Shown in pieces: positions 22,248 to 34,277 of a DNA stretch of 64,000 nt. The DNA is from Gekko japonicus (taxonomy: Eukaryota). Numbering within the stretch: position 1 is the stretch's first letter; each line of letters opens with the position of its first letter. Where the stretch lies: assembly GCF_001447785.1 (NCBI RefSeq), contig NW_015170304.1, positions 438,702 through 502,701 of the forward strand, written 5' to 3'. A program made the translations under genes and the position numbers. The notes under the pieces were generated by a model. It was given only the letters and a program-made list of their open reading frames with translations, did not search any database and was not told the origin of the DNA.

Positions 22248-25200
22248 TGAAAGAGAAACCATGGCTGCCTGGAGTCTCTGTTACAAATGGGAATTGGCCG
22301 ACAATTGTACCGGCAACAAGACCACCACGGAAAACTTCCTCAGACCTGGATACATTTCCACCAAGCTGGTGATGGCACAGAAGATTCTAAATTTGGTTTC
22401 TGCCAGTCTGAAGCTGATTTGTGCATCTGGATTGCAGAAGAGGCAATTACTGGCAGATTAAAACAAAACCTCTGAATACATTTTTTTTTAAAGAAATCGA
22501 GTATATAGCATTATTAGCACCCCAGCAGAATGCGTCAATGTGATGAATGAATAATCATATTTACTCAGCTCATTGGGAATCTTTTCAGCCATCTCTGCAT
22601 CATTCAAAAAAGGAAGCCGGCTTTGAACGTAAAGATTTCAAAGCAGGTTGGGGTGGGGTGCGGTTTACAGCCAGTGATTAGTTCTTTCCCCTCCTTTGCT
22701 TTCTGACATTTATTTCCTGTAAATATTTCACAAGCATAAGATCTGGGAGATGATGAAAGGCGAGTTTGTGATGTGAGCTCATTCAGAAGTCTAATTAAAT
22801 GAAAATAAATATGAGGGGTGGGATAGCCTGGGCCGGTGGAAATGGACAGGTCTTCAGGGAGAGGAAGAGGAATGGATACAGCTCATTTTCTATGTAGATT
22901 CTTATAGTTACTAAGATTAATGTTATGCACATCTGCACAGAAGAACCTGTGGTTTTTAATGGGTCAAGGATGGCCCTTGATGCAATAGTTGTTCATACAT
23001 TCTTCACTTTTCAAAGCTCCTATGACCAGATGATCATGAGTAAAAAAACATAAAACATTATTTACTAAAGGAAAATATGCTAGATGGAAATTTGGCGACC
23101 CAGTAGGTTGTGTTTGGGTCACTGTCTATCATCAGATAGGGAACATTATCCCCTTGAAGTTTATTAAATGAAGAATGTGTTAAAAGCGGTGAGATCCAAT
23201 GGTTCCTAAAAGTGGTAAAAATTATATTCCAATATTTTGTGAGACAGAGGTTGTAGTCAGACATGGTCTTAGCGTGGTCTGGCCGTGTCTCTAATTTATC
23301 CAGGGTTATTTGTTCTGTAGAGTTTCATCCAAACACATCACCCTTATCCCACCTCACTGCATGCTTACCCCGTGGTCAACAGTTCAGATTACTGCTGTGT
23401 GGTAACCATGGGGCGGGGGGGAGTTGGGCGGTATCCGTTTTTTTTTTTAAAAAAATGTTTTCTGGGCATGTGCAGAAGCACTTATTTGAAGCACCGCTCC
23501 TTTTTGACAGCTCCGCAATTCTTTTGCCAAGTACTATGATCATTTTTCGTATACACCTGTTATTCTCAGCCAGAAATCACTCCCTTTCTCACCTGATCTT
23601 ACTCCCTTTCCCACTCATTCCATAGGGAAGTTTCTCCTTTTTCTCTCACCAGAGAGCTTCCCTGCCAGAGCAATATTATGAAGTGGTTTGGAGTAAAGTT
23701 GCAGGGGTGGAATCCTGGCCGTCAATATGGGAGCCTAAATGGGGATTATTTCCACCACCGTCTCACCTCAAGAAACAGCTCAAAAACAACCTCCCCTGGG
23801 GGCTTCCAATCCCAATAGAACATTGTGGTGCATAAACACACAAGCGGTGCCTCATGACCCTGCAGTGGAGATCTGCTTATGCACATATCGCTAACTGATT
23901 TTTTTTTAAGGAGCAAAAATGGAAGGAAAGATTTAGACTTCCCTTCCAGCTTGAGACCACAATGGAGAGTTCAGACATCCAGAAATGCATAGTGAAACTA
24001 GACAATCCATTTGTCCAGTGTCAGAACACACTGATTCTGGGACAGGTGAAAACAGGAGGCCGACGACTGGGGAACGGTATATGGGCAATAATGTCTAATC
24101 ATGCATTTTAAATCCAGAAAGGAACAGCAACATCAGATCAAACAGCTCATCTGACCACAGCCAGAGTGTCGATTTTACCCTGACTGCAAGGGCAGAGACA
24201 ATCTGAAAATGGAATACAACAAAGTCTGCCCTGTAGCGCTTTGGAGGAGATGGCATTTCAAGAGTGAGGCCTAGCAGATACGGATGTCCAGAAACAGACT
24301 GGAAACTAGTGTAGTTGGATCAAGACTAGGGTGATATGGTCCCTATGACCCACTCCAGTCAACAACCTGGCTGCAGTTTTCTAAACAAATTGAAGTTTCT
24401 GAACACTTTTCAAGGCCAGTGTGCTGCTAGGGTTGCCAAAACCCCCCCCAGTGGAGGAGGGGTCCCTCACCACTAGGCCCCTCTGGTCCACTGCCAATCA
24501 GTGGGCTGGCAGAGGGAGGGACTTACAAAGAGAAAGAGGAAGGCCCAGGCCATGTTGCTGGCATTGCACAGGCTTTAATTAGAATACATTGTAAAAACAA
24601 GGTATTTTGTTCCAAAGTTTATTGAATTATACATCATTTTTCAATGCTTACATTTTTTATTCATATTGTACTGGTTAATATGTTTAACTGTTCTTTAGTT
24701 CATTATGGACTTGGCTAATGTTATAAAAAAGTGATTGTTATGTTTTCTTAACACTATTGTATTATACCAATAAAATGTTATTGGAGGAAGTGGCATCACC
24801 ACACCAGTGATTTCTGGGTGACACTCTGGTATTTGGGGGGGAAATCTATGGTAGAAATCATTTTTACCATAGAGTTTTCCCCAAATACCAGAGCATCACT
24901 TGGAAGTTGCTGGTGTGATGACATCACTTGCAGTGTGATGCTGGCAATCGGACCTTCCTTTTTCTCTTTCCCCCACATTCCCCACTGATTGCCAGGAGGC
25001 AACTCAATGTGCTGCAGTAATGTAATACAGATGCAACCAGGGCATGCACCACAGTGGCCAGATCTCTTCTGCCCCCAAAAGGCCACAGTTGGCTAACCAG
25101 TTGAAGGTGGTTAAAGGGACTCCCAGCCATAGCTGCCATCTGCTTATCCAGCAGTAGACCTGGATCCCGGAGCACCCTCAACTATGGCTAGGGTTGCCAG

Positions 25201-26018
25201 GCCCCTACCCGGCCAACGGGGCTGTTTCTTCAAAGGGAGTGCAGTCCCATCCTCCAAGTTACTAGATAATAGAAGACCTAATGTAGCATACCATCACAGA
25301 TCAAATGTACTTTCAGGCCACCGCAAGTACTTGCACCAAGTCTCAGTAACAGTTTCATTATTCAGTGGTGTGAAAATAAAACATCAGCACAGAAAAACAT
25401 GTAGGAAATGTTGCATTCATAAGAGTATTACAAATGTATTATTTTTTTAAAAAATCCTGTCCTTCCTCCCACATGCCCATGTTGGCATACCTGGGTTGTC
25501 AATCCACCCTGTAAAGTAGGTTGAGAGCCTGTGACTTGAGCAATTGCCCCTTTAGCCCCTTCCCATGAGTTTCATAATTCAGTAATACTAGACAGAAATG
25601 TCCCAAGACACTTTGGGAATGGGGTGGAACATCCAGCACTCACCCTTGGTAGGAAAAAAAATACAGCAAACTCAATAATTGGTGGAGGTTTTGCCCTTTA
25701 CTTGTACCTCCAATCCGCTTCCTGCACCCAGCCTACCAAAATATTTGTGCCAAGGATGACTTCAGGATTCTCCGGCCAAACCCAACCTCCTCTTTGGAAA
25801 CTCCCACTGGCTGAAGTGAATAAGGTAGATTGTAAATCTAGCAATTCTTGACCTGGCCCTTAGAAGTCACTGAGAATTCCTGCTTTAAGATTTTGTCATA
25901 ATCATGGCCAAATGGGCATTTTTAAAATTACCAGAGTAGGCATTTTAGAATCTTTTAGAGATCCCCATTTTCGGACTTTTAATTAGAAGATTGCCCAGAG
26001 TTAAAAACAAAACAAATA

Positions 26019-26072
26019 TGTACTTGCCCTTTGGAACTATTGATCCAAAGGCTCCCAGTTAACAATTTGCTG
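26019..26072 (+). promoter_or_regulatory. F9: F9 proximal promoter: HNF4-like DR1, ONECUT/HNF6-like and C/EBP-like sites
   Basis: TGCCCTTTGGAAC (26025-26037), TATTGATCC (26038-26046) and GTTAACAAT (26058-26066), in the same order as the human F9 Leyden region. Confidence 0.6.
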
Positions 26073-26099
26073 GTGAAGCTGTGATGTTGTTTTACGAAT

Positions 26100-26166
26100 A
26101 TGGCAAAAGGCTCCTTCACGTTTGCTGTTTTCCTTCTGGGATACCTCCTTAATGCCGAATGTACAG
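26100..26166 (+). CDS. F9: coagulation factor IX exon 1 (signal peptide MAKGSFTFAVFLLGYLLNAECT)
   Basis: Matches human [22 protein letters not shown]; strong Kozak aatATGg; donor CAG|GTTGGT, phase 1. Confidence 0.92.
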
Positions 26167-26965
26167 GTTGGTTGATTTTAAAGCTAGCCCGTCACCTGTA
26201 TTTCTTTTGACTTGAGATAAGGGCCCCATTCCTATCATGTGGTAAGGAATAAAATAATTTACAAGCAACATGCAAAGCTTCTCTGCCCCCCCTTTCACCC
26301 CCTCCCAGATCATCTAAAGAAAAGAGAAATAGTATTTATGGTCCAACTTCTGTTAACTGAAAGAACTGATTTTTCAGTCTAATTTTTATGTTCTACTAAT
26401 CCATAATGTAGAGTGTAGATTCACTCCCTTAAAAAGATCAAAGGAGTAAGAAAACTGACAGATAGTTGACATGACTATAACAAGATTTTTGTAACACCTT
26501 TAAAATGAATGAATTAATTGCAGCATATGCTCTGGAGCGTGTGAAACAAAACCCAGCACTGGCTCACAAAAGCAATTAGTCTGAAATGTTTTATGACTCT
26601 TAGTTCTTTCGCAGTAGCAAATGCAGCCTAGCTATGTACCTGAAAGTTACACCTAATGCATAGATTAGTAATAAGGAAGAGAAATAAATATAGTTCCTTT
26701 GACAACAGGGTATATGTAATACATAACTGCAACACTGAAGGGGAGTTTACTCAAAAGGTATTAGAGGTGAAGGATGCATAGTATCACTCTTTTATATGTT
26801 TTACAAGAATACTGTGTAATTTTTAAAATTTGGCATTTCCCTTACTTGCCTTGAACTACAAGGAAAGGTGGGGTATAACTGCTTTGATAAATAAATAGAA
26901 TTATTAAGGAGTGGTCTAGGAATATAATGTAATATCTAAATGTATAGATTATATATCCTACTTGG

Positions 26966-27362
26966 TTTATTTATTTATTTATTTATTTATCCTTCGACTT
27001 GATATACCGCCCTAACCCCCGTAGTTAGGGTCTCTGGGCGGTTTACAGTTCTTGGGTGCTAGTCACCTATATCGACCCTAACTACGGCCACACATTGGTA
27101 CAAGGGGGGGGATTTCCCTACCGACACCCTGGTGAGAGCATTCCTCGGCTCGGCTCCTTCTGGCTGCACGATGTCTGGTGCTCAAGCAGACGGGGGGGGG
27201 GGGGGGGGGGGGGGAGGGGGTGCCACCTCTCAGCGTTGCGTCATCTCCTCCAATCGCCACCGCCGGTGCTCTGCTGCCGCCGCTGTTCTCGCCGTCGCCG
27301 CCACCATTGCTGCCGATGCCGCTGCTTCTCCATACACCTCCACAGACGGAGGGGGGGTGTTT
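26966..27362 (-). mobile_element. young CpG-rich LINE/SINE 3' end with (TAAA)n tail (L2-type)
   Basis: (ATTT)n 26966-26990, then a CCGCCC...GGGCGG stem-loop like the SINE/L2 tails in this window; GC-rich body with a 22-nt G run. Confidence 0.5.
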
Positions 27363-27575
27363 AATGTTTAGATACTTTCCTTCTGCCCATTTTAGGAATG
27401 TTCTCATGACTATGTATTTCTGTTGATTAAGGATGTGACTTGGAAAAAAGTAATTACATCTTTTCAATCAAAAACATTGGTTCCTAAAGCAGTTTACAGG
27501 AATTAAAAACAAACACAGTAAACAGAAGTTATAATTCTAATGTTACCTCAGGGCCTAATTATGTGATACATTTCC

Positions 27576-28030
27576 CCAGGGCTATTTTGGGGCAGGAACG
27601 CACAGGAACAGAGTTCCGGCTGGCTTCAGAGTTGGCCACGCCCACTACAGCCAAAACCTCTACGTACGTGGCTACAGAGGGAAGGCCTGGAGAGTGACAC
27701 CACCACCCCCGGCGACTCCGAGGCAGGCGGGCCAGGGAGGGCTCTGGAAGGATCAAGGAGGCATTTAAATGCCTCCCCGTGCCTTCCCCGGCCTGTCCAA
27801 GGGCCGGCTTTCCCAGGCAAGCCAAGGGAAGGCAATTTAAACGGCCTTCCCTTCAAGGGGGGCTTGCCCAGGCTCCCCACAGCCACAGGGCGCCTGGGCA
27901 AGCCAAGGGAAGGCATGGGGTGTGGCCTAATATGCTAATGAGCTGTACTGTTGTGGGTGTAGCCTGATATGCTAATGGATTTCTGCTTTTGAGTGTGGCC
28001 TATTATACTAATGAGTTCCTGCATTTCCCC
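27576..28030. mobile_element. probable non-autonomous DNA transposon with internal inverted repeats
   Basis: CAGGGGCTATTTT start; repeated GGCAAGCCAAGGGAAGGCA; end region shared with 13690-13783. Confidence 0.5.
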
Positions 28031-28409
28031 CAGGTATGGCCCAAGGATGGCTTGGTCAATATCATCTGGGTGTTCCATGCCTCCCAGAAGGATGTGGTCC
28101 TAATTTAGATCTGGAAGAAAGGGCTTCAGCCCCCCCCCCTGCCATTTTCCTGACCTTAAATGACCTAAAGGAGCTGTTATTTGTCTCACTGGGGGACCTT
28201 AATGTTATGGGCTACATGTTAGTTTCCCCAGTGGAATAAATATCAGCTCTGCAGGGCCATTTCAGGTTGAGAAAACAGCATAGGGGAGAAAGGCTCAAGT
28301 TGCCTCTCCTGACACACCAGAGGAAGCAGAAAACTCCCTGACTCTGTCTGTCAACATGGATTGTGAAGTTAGGCCCTCAGTCCAAGCACCGTGGAAGGGT
28401 GCTTGGCCT

Positions 28410-29016
28410 CAGGGCTGGATTGGTGCCCCTCCGCCCTTCCACTGGTGTGTGGGAAAGACTTTAAGACTCAATAAGTGCTGAAGGTGAAATAAGAGATTAA
28501 AACTTCAGTTTTCTTCCAGACCAGACCCAAGGTCAGACCCCACAACTACATTAAATATAAACTTAAATATATATATATTTATTCAACACTAAGTAAAGGT
28601 AAAGGTTTCCCTTGCTCAAAAGCCAGTCGAATCCAACTCTAGGGGGCGGTGCTCATCTCCATTTCCAAGCCAAAGTGCCAGCATTGTCCGAAGACTTCTC
28701 CATGGTCATGTGGCCCACATGACTAAATGCCAAGGTGCACAGAAACCTATTCATCTACTTGCAATTTCTTGCCTTCAAACTGCTATGTTGGCAGGAGCCG
28801 GGGTCAGAGACGGGAGCTCACTCCATCATGCGGCACTAGGGTCTTGAACTCCCAAGCTACAGATCTTCCGGTCTGCGGCTCAGCCACCGTGGCCCTACAG
28901 CACCAAGTAGCAGTAAGCAATATAAGCAAAAACAAAAACAAAACCCTCAGTGGTGCCCCCATTCCCTTGGTGCCCTAAGCACCTGCTTATTTTGCTAAAT
29001 GATTAATCCAGGGCTG
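28410..29016. mobile_element. hAT (Tip100-like) MITE containing a nested Sauria-like SINE
   Basis: CAGGGCTGGATT / AATCCAGGGCTG termini; TSD CTTGGCCT (28402-28409) / CCTGGCCT (29017-29024). Confidence 0.65.
28593..28890 (-). mobile_element. Sauria-like SINE
   Basis: (ACCTTT)n tail seen as AAAGGTAAAGGT; CTCTAGGGGGCGGTGCTCATCTCC; GGTCATGTGGCC..CATGAC. Confidence 0.85.
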
Positions 29017-29300
29017 CCTGGCCTGCTGCCCCTTCCTGTGCTGGCCTCCCTGGGAATGGATGGATAGATGGGTGCAGGTTGCAGACAGGCATGTACAAGG
29101 ATGATGCAAAAGATGGATGCAGAGGGAGACAGATATAAACAGGGTCTGTCCCATCTTGTACTCTGAGCCATTCTCTGTTGCATAACGTGAATTCCAAATA
29201 GCGCACCCGAATACCCGTGGCTTCCAGAAATGGTTTAAAAGGCCAGAGAACACTTGTGTTTGAACAGCTGAGGTTTATTTATGCACCATACTCTCCATAA

Positions 29301-29504
<204 letters not shown>

Positions 29505-29849
29505 TAGGTCCAACTTATCCAGCAACCCTGTTGCCCATGGTGGCCGAGGAAATTGCCCTGAAAGGCCTCCCTTGTTGTTGCTGTCACAGGAACTGGTACA
29601 CTGCCTCTGAATATGGGAGTTCCATTTACCCATCATGTTTATTAACCATTGATGGACCTATCTTCCAATATTTTGTCTAATTGTCTTTTAAATCCATCTA
29701 TGCTATTGACTGTCACTTCATCCTGTGGCAATGAATTCCACAAGCTAATTAAATATGGCACAAATAAAGCCCCTCTTTCTTCCAAAGGCCGTCAACTTTG
29801 CCACCGGATTCTAATTGGGAGGGGGAAAATGCTTGCATTTTATTAAATA

Positions 29850-30162
29850 CAAGACGGGGTCCCGCGATACTCGCGGGGGGGGGGAGAAGAGCTCCGTCTC
29901 CTCCATCCCCCCCGCTCGATCTCCCCGAGGAGGCGGCGGTGAGGTCAGCTACAGAGCGTTCCGTGCGCATGCGCATGGAACGCTCTTGCACTTTCGGGGG
30001 GATTTAAACATCCCCCCGAAATTTTTTCTACTTTTAGCATTTTTGTGCACACGTGGGGACTGGCCCACGTATGCACAAACCTCCCCCTCCCCCCCAAGTG
30101 CCCCCGGAGCACTGATTTAGCGATCCGCACTCCGGGGGCAACTTGGCTATTAGATATATAGA
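29850..30162 (-). mobile_element. non-autonomous Helitron, short copy (313 bp), in F9 intron 2
   Basis: Same 5' TCTATATATCTAATAGCCAAGTTGCCCCC and 3' CCCGCGAGTATCGCGGG...CTTG as 3987-4938; A|T target, no TSD. Confidence 0.85.
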
Positions 30163-30273
30163 TAGCTGCATTCTAGGGGCATGGTTATTATAGTGTCTGT
30201 CCTACTCTATATTGTTGGTTTATTTGTACAGGTGTAGTTAAATTGCACTGGGGAAAAAATATGGTCCTATACC

Positions 30274-30500
30274 CAGGGCAGGCCCCAGCTTATTTTGCAC
30301 CCTAGGTGAGGATCCCTTCTGGCGCCCCCCCCCCTCCTGTGCACCCACCAATTCCCAAAAATAAATGCATTTTAGGAAGAATGAAAAACACAAATAATCA
30401 AGAAACTCCCAGAGTACTGGGCGGGGTGCAGTTTGGCGCTCCTAAGGGCCGGCCCACTCTAGGCGATCACCTAGTTCGCCTAGTGAGTGAGCCGGCCCTG
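30274..30500. mobile_element. hAT (Tip100/MER45-like) MITE
   Basis: CAGGGCAGGC / GCCGGCCCTG TIRs; perfect 8-bp TSD CCTATACC. Confidence 0.85.
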
Positions 30501-30919
30501 CCTATACCTGGATAATGCATATTGTGCAGTATGAAAAACTGAATTATATGACCTGTACACATAGAGCAAATATGCTCAATTTCTCATAGCTTACATTATT
30601 GTGCAGCACAATTTTGTATATTACTGGTTTTGCCAGTCGTGGGGGAGGTCAAGTAATGCTCAATGAACACCCCCCCCCCCGTGGCAGCACTTATTTTCTG
30701 CCAGGGTTTGCACTGCTATGGAACTACTGCACATACATAGTGCTATTTCAGATCTGACCTGTTTACATAGAATCACATAGCAGGAACCAATCCATGCAAT
30801 AAACATACTACACATGTCCACTCTAATTAAGAAACAAGGGAAAAGTTTGGTTTATACTTAATGAGTGGCTTTTCTGCTAGTGTTTACCTTTTAATTCAAT
30901 TCTAATATGTTCCTTGCAG

Positions 30920-30944
30920 GTGGAATTTTGGAATGCATATATTG
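30920..30944 (+). CDS. F9: factor IX exon 3 (aromatic stack VEFWNAYI)
   Basis: 25 bp, TTGCAG| ... |GTAAGT. Confidence 0.95.
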
Positions 30945-31536
30945 GTAAGTGAAAGTTTATCACCTTACTTCAAATACATTATATTGCTGTGTATTCCTTA
31001 CAGAAAATGTGCATTCAGTAGTAGTAATGAAAAGACAACAACCACTATGTGAAAGAAGCTGGCTATATGGTCAAACTTTTGGGACCATCGCTAAGCATAG
31101 GGCTAGCTAAAACAGTACTTTAGAAAACTAGGATGTTGGTTGGTATGTGGCTCTGCCTATAGGGAACAGCCTTGATTTGAATGAATACAGTTTCAGAAAA
31201 CTGTCACAAATAATCATTTCATGTACAACTATACCTTTTGGTTATACTGACATTTTGAAAATTTCATAATTCCTACGAGGATGCTCATTATAGTTGGGTA
31301 TGATGATCTGTGATGCCAAGAGATCAGAAAAAGTAGATTCTCAAGGGCATATTAATTGAATTATAGCCTCCGCCCCTTTACTGTGGGGGCTTTCCATATA
31401 GGGACAAATCCCTGTGTAGAAGTAGCTGGAGACAACAGATTATGAGCAAGTCTATGGGTCTTCTTCAGGGCAAGGATCATGATAATGATACTGCTCATGG
31501 ACTTTCTGAGTTACTATTTAACCATTCATTTCCAAG

Positions 31537-31650
31537 ATGGAGATCAATGCGAGTCAAACCCTTGCACAAATGGAGGGAAATGTGAGGATCAAGTTGGTTA
31601 CTACATCTGTTGGTGCCTAGCTGGTTATGAAGGAAAGAACTGTGAATTAG
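31537..31650 (+). CDS. F9: factor IX exon 4 (EGF1)
   Basis: [38 protein letters not shown]; 114 bp. Confidence 0.97.
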
Positions 31651-31789
31651 GTACGTAAAAGGTGGAATTCAATACTTGTTTGGACTGTCTAGTTATTTTA
31701 AATAACAGGCCCAGCCTACCTAGTTAATTATTTGGGGGGGTCTCATTCAACCTTTTATTTGTGGTAATAAAAAACAACGTTTGTGTGTG

Positions 31790-31945
31790 CTATCAAGTCA
31801 CAGCAAGGGGCTTTTGAGGGAAGTGAGAAGCAGAGCTGGTTTGCCATTGCCTTCCTCCTTGGTGGTCTCCTTTTCAAGTACTGTCCTTGCTTAGTTTCCA
31901 AGATCTGATGAGATAGGGATATAATATGCTGCCTTCCCTCCTCCC
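31790..31945 (-). mobile_element. 5S rRNA-derived SINE, decayed
   Basis: GGTCTCC..TTCAAGTACTG.CC.TGCTTAG.TTCCAAGATCTGATGAGAT, shared with the 1775 and 41828 copies. Confidence 0.65.
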
Positions 31946-32249
31946 CCAGAAAACAATAGACACGTTGCATTTAGTCATATCTGTCTCATTTACAGTCAAC
32001 CTTTCCCACAGAGAAACAACAGGAAAAAAATACAATCCAGTAGCAGAAACCAACATGATTTTGGGGGTATAAGTTTTTGAGAGCCAAAGCTCCCTTCCTC
32101 TGATACAAGTCAACAAAAACAAAAGGAAATATCTGCATGCAAGAAAGACACATGGATTTTGTCCACTCTTCACTGCAGCCCCCTCTGACAACTGGTTTCT
32201 AGGACCTGTGCAGAGGAATAGCTCTAAGGGTTGGCAGGATGGAGGGAGC

Positions 32250-32526
32250 TGTTGTGTCCACTGACCGCCACCGGAGGTCAGGGCATATACCCGAGCTTCA
32301 GTCTGGGAAGACAATGGGGACTAGGATCCTAGTCCCTCCACTGGGGAACCAATGGGAGCCATGGCGGGAGATTCAAACCCACCAATGGTGACCAAGGGGT
32401 GGTCCCCAGGTGTGTATATAGTTGGCCTGCCGGCCGTTTGTCTTTGTCTTGTTGTGTGCCTAATAAAGCGTGCTATGCACCACGTCGTTGTCTGTCGTCG
32501 ATCCATGCGGCTCCCACTACACAATA
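32250..32526 (+). mobile_element. solo LTR (277 bp) in F9 intron 4
   Basis: TGTTGTG...CACAATA termini, perfect 5-bp TSD GGAGC, two CCAAT boxes, TATATA 32415-32420, AATAAA 32462-32467. Confidence 0.8.
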
Positions 32527-32744
32527 GGAGCAAGGAAGGACAAGGGGATAATGTGATCCACACACACACACCCCCAGCAGCCTGTGGAACAGGAAGGAGG
32601 AGTGCTTTTAACTTCCTGTCCCTCCTCAGCACAGCACCTCCAACTCATGAGGCTATTTATCCTCATCCAGTCAGGAAGAAGTGCAGCGAAGGGGAAGAAC
32701 AGAGGGAAACTATACCTTCTGTATGAGGTGTGGTAGGACACCAC

Positions 32745-32953
32745 CGGAGTTCCCTCTAAGCTGAGTTAGTGTGAGCTAGCTCACAGTTTTTTTAGCCTCT
32801 AGCTCATACAGTTTTGTCTTCGCTCAGGAAGGATGGGGCTCCAGAGCAAACTAATTTATGCCGTCGCCAAATCGTTTGCTCACAGCTTTAATGCCAGTAG
32901 CTCACAAAGTAGAATTTTTGCTCAGAAGACTCCACAGCTTAGAAAGAGCATTG
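32745..32953 (+). mobile_element. hAT MITE family A
   Basis: CGGAGTTCCCTCTAAGCTG / CAGCTTAGAAAGAGCATTG; perfect 8-bp TSD GACACCAC. Confidence 0.88.
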
Positions 32954-33675
32954 GACACCACCCTGAGATTTAGAACTCCTGTCCTGTGTATTGGGAAATG
33001 GGTGTCCCATTGCTCAGTACCATGGGTGCAAAGTAACGAGCTATCTTAAAGAACAGCAATGTGTTAAGCATTCAGCATTAGTGTGGAAAGACTATACAGG
33101 ATGTTGGTTAAGGATGAAATAGAATCTGGGTGCTAGAAGCCAAGATCTGGCTCACACATGCAGCTGTGTTTCTTCAAGCTTGAGAAGCAACAGAATGTGT
33201 GAACTAACTATTTAAATATGCCACATTTCCAAAGATCTGAAAGTTCTGTCTTTCATGGAGAGACATACAAATATGCTGGGTTTTGTTTATTTTATTTTAA
33301 TATGGTGTCACTTGTACCTTTTAGCCCCACCCCACCCATTTTCATTGCTGGCATTCCCAACTTTTTTCATTTATATGCAACCAACAATAGCAGCAAAAAA
33401 GCTGTTAACATTGCATACATTTAAAGGGACCAGTTCAGTATTAGGAAATTTAAAAATGGCATGAAATTAGACTCACAGATCCTTTTCATGCAAGGAAGAA
33501 TTGGAACTGAAAAAAAAGATTATATTATAAAAGATTAAAGAAGAGCTAATCCCAATTTTTGAGTTGTTGGCTAATGAGGTGAGTGAAAAAGAGATTCTCA
33601 AATCAAAACAGGAAAGGTGAGAAATTTGATAGCATCCTTACTCTGGTGGTGTTAGATGACCTAAACCACTTACCT

Positions 33676-33958
33676 GAGAGAGCCAGTTTGGTGTAGTGGT
33701 TAGGAGCGTGGACTCTAATCTGGGAGAATGGGTTTGATTCCCCACTCCTCCACATGCAGCTGCTGGTGTGACCTTGGGTCAGTCACAAGTTCTTTCAGAG
33801 CTGTTCTCTCAAGGACAGTTCTAGACAGAGCTCTCTCAGCCCTACCTACCTCACAGGGTGACTGCTGTGGGGAGGGGAAGGGAAAGGGATTGTAAACCAC
33901 TCTGAGACTCCTTCCGGTAGTGAAGGGTGGGGTATAAATCCAATGTCTTCGTCCTCCT
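33676..33958 (+). mobile_element. Squam3-like SINE
   Basis: GAGAGCCAGTTTGGTGTAGTGGTTA head and family body/tail. Confidence 0.9.
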
Positions 33959-34148
33959 CCCCCTACCTGGCTTCATGCAACAGACATACATGAATGAACT
34001 ACTGGACCCAAATCTAACTGTTCTATTGCAGACCAACTAACCCTGCTAGGTGACTGATGGCAGGTCATTTTCCCTGTTCCCAGTTTTCCTTTAAAGATTC
34101 TTAAAGGAGCCATCATCTTTAATTGTATTTAATTCCTCTCCCTGTCAG

Positions 34149-34277
34149 ATGCTACTTGTGCAACAAAGAACGGAGGATGCAAGCAATTCTGCAAGAATAG
34201 CCCATCGGGAGGAGTGATCTGTTCCTGCATCTCTGGTTACAAGCTTGGGGCAGACCAGAAGTCCTGTGAACCAGCAG
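34149..34277 (+). CDS. F9: factor IX exon 5 (EGF2)
   Basis: [43 protein letters not shown]; 129 bp. Confidence 0.97.

Noticed and set aside
27056-27467. CpG island or Gly/Ala-rich coding exon in F9 intron 1
   Set aside because: Attached to a retroelement (TAAA)n tail; low complexity; no splice signals.
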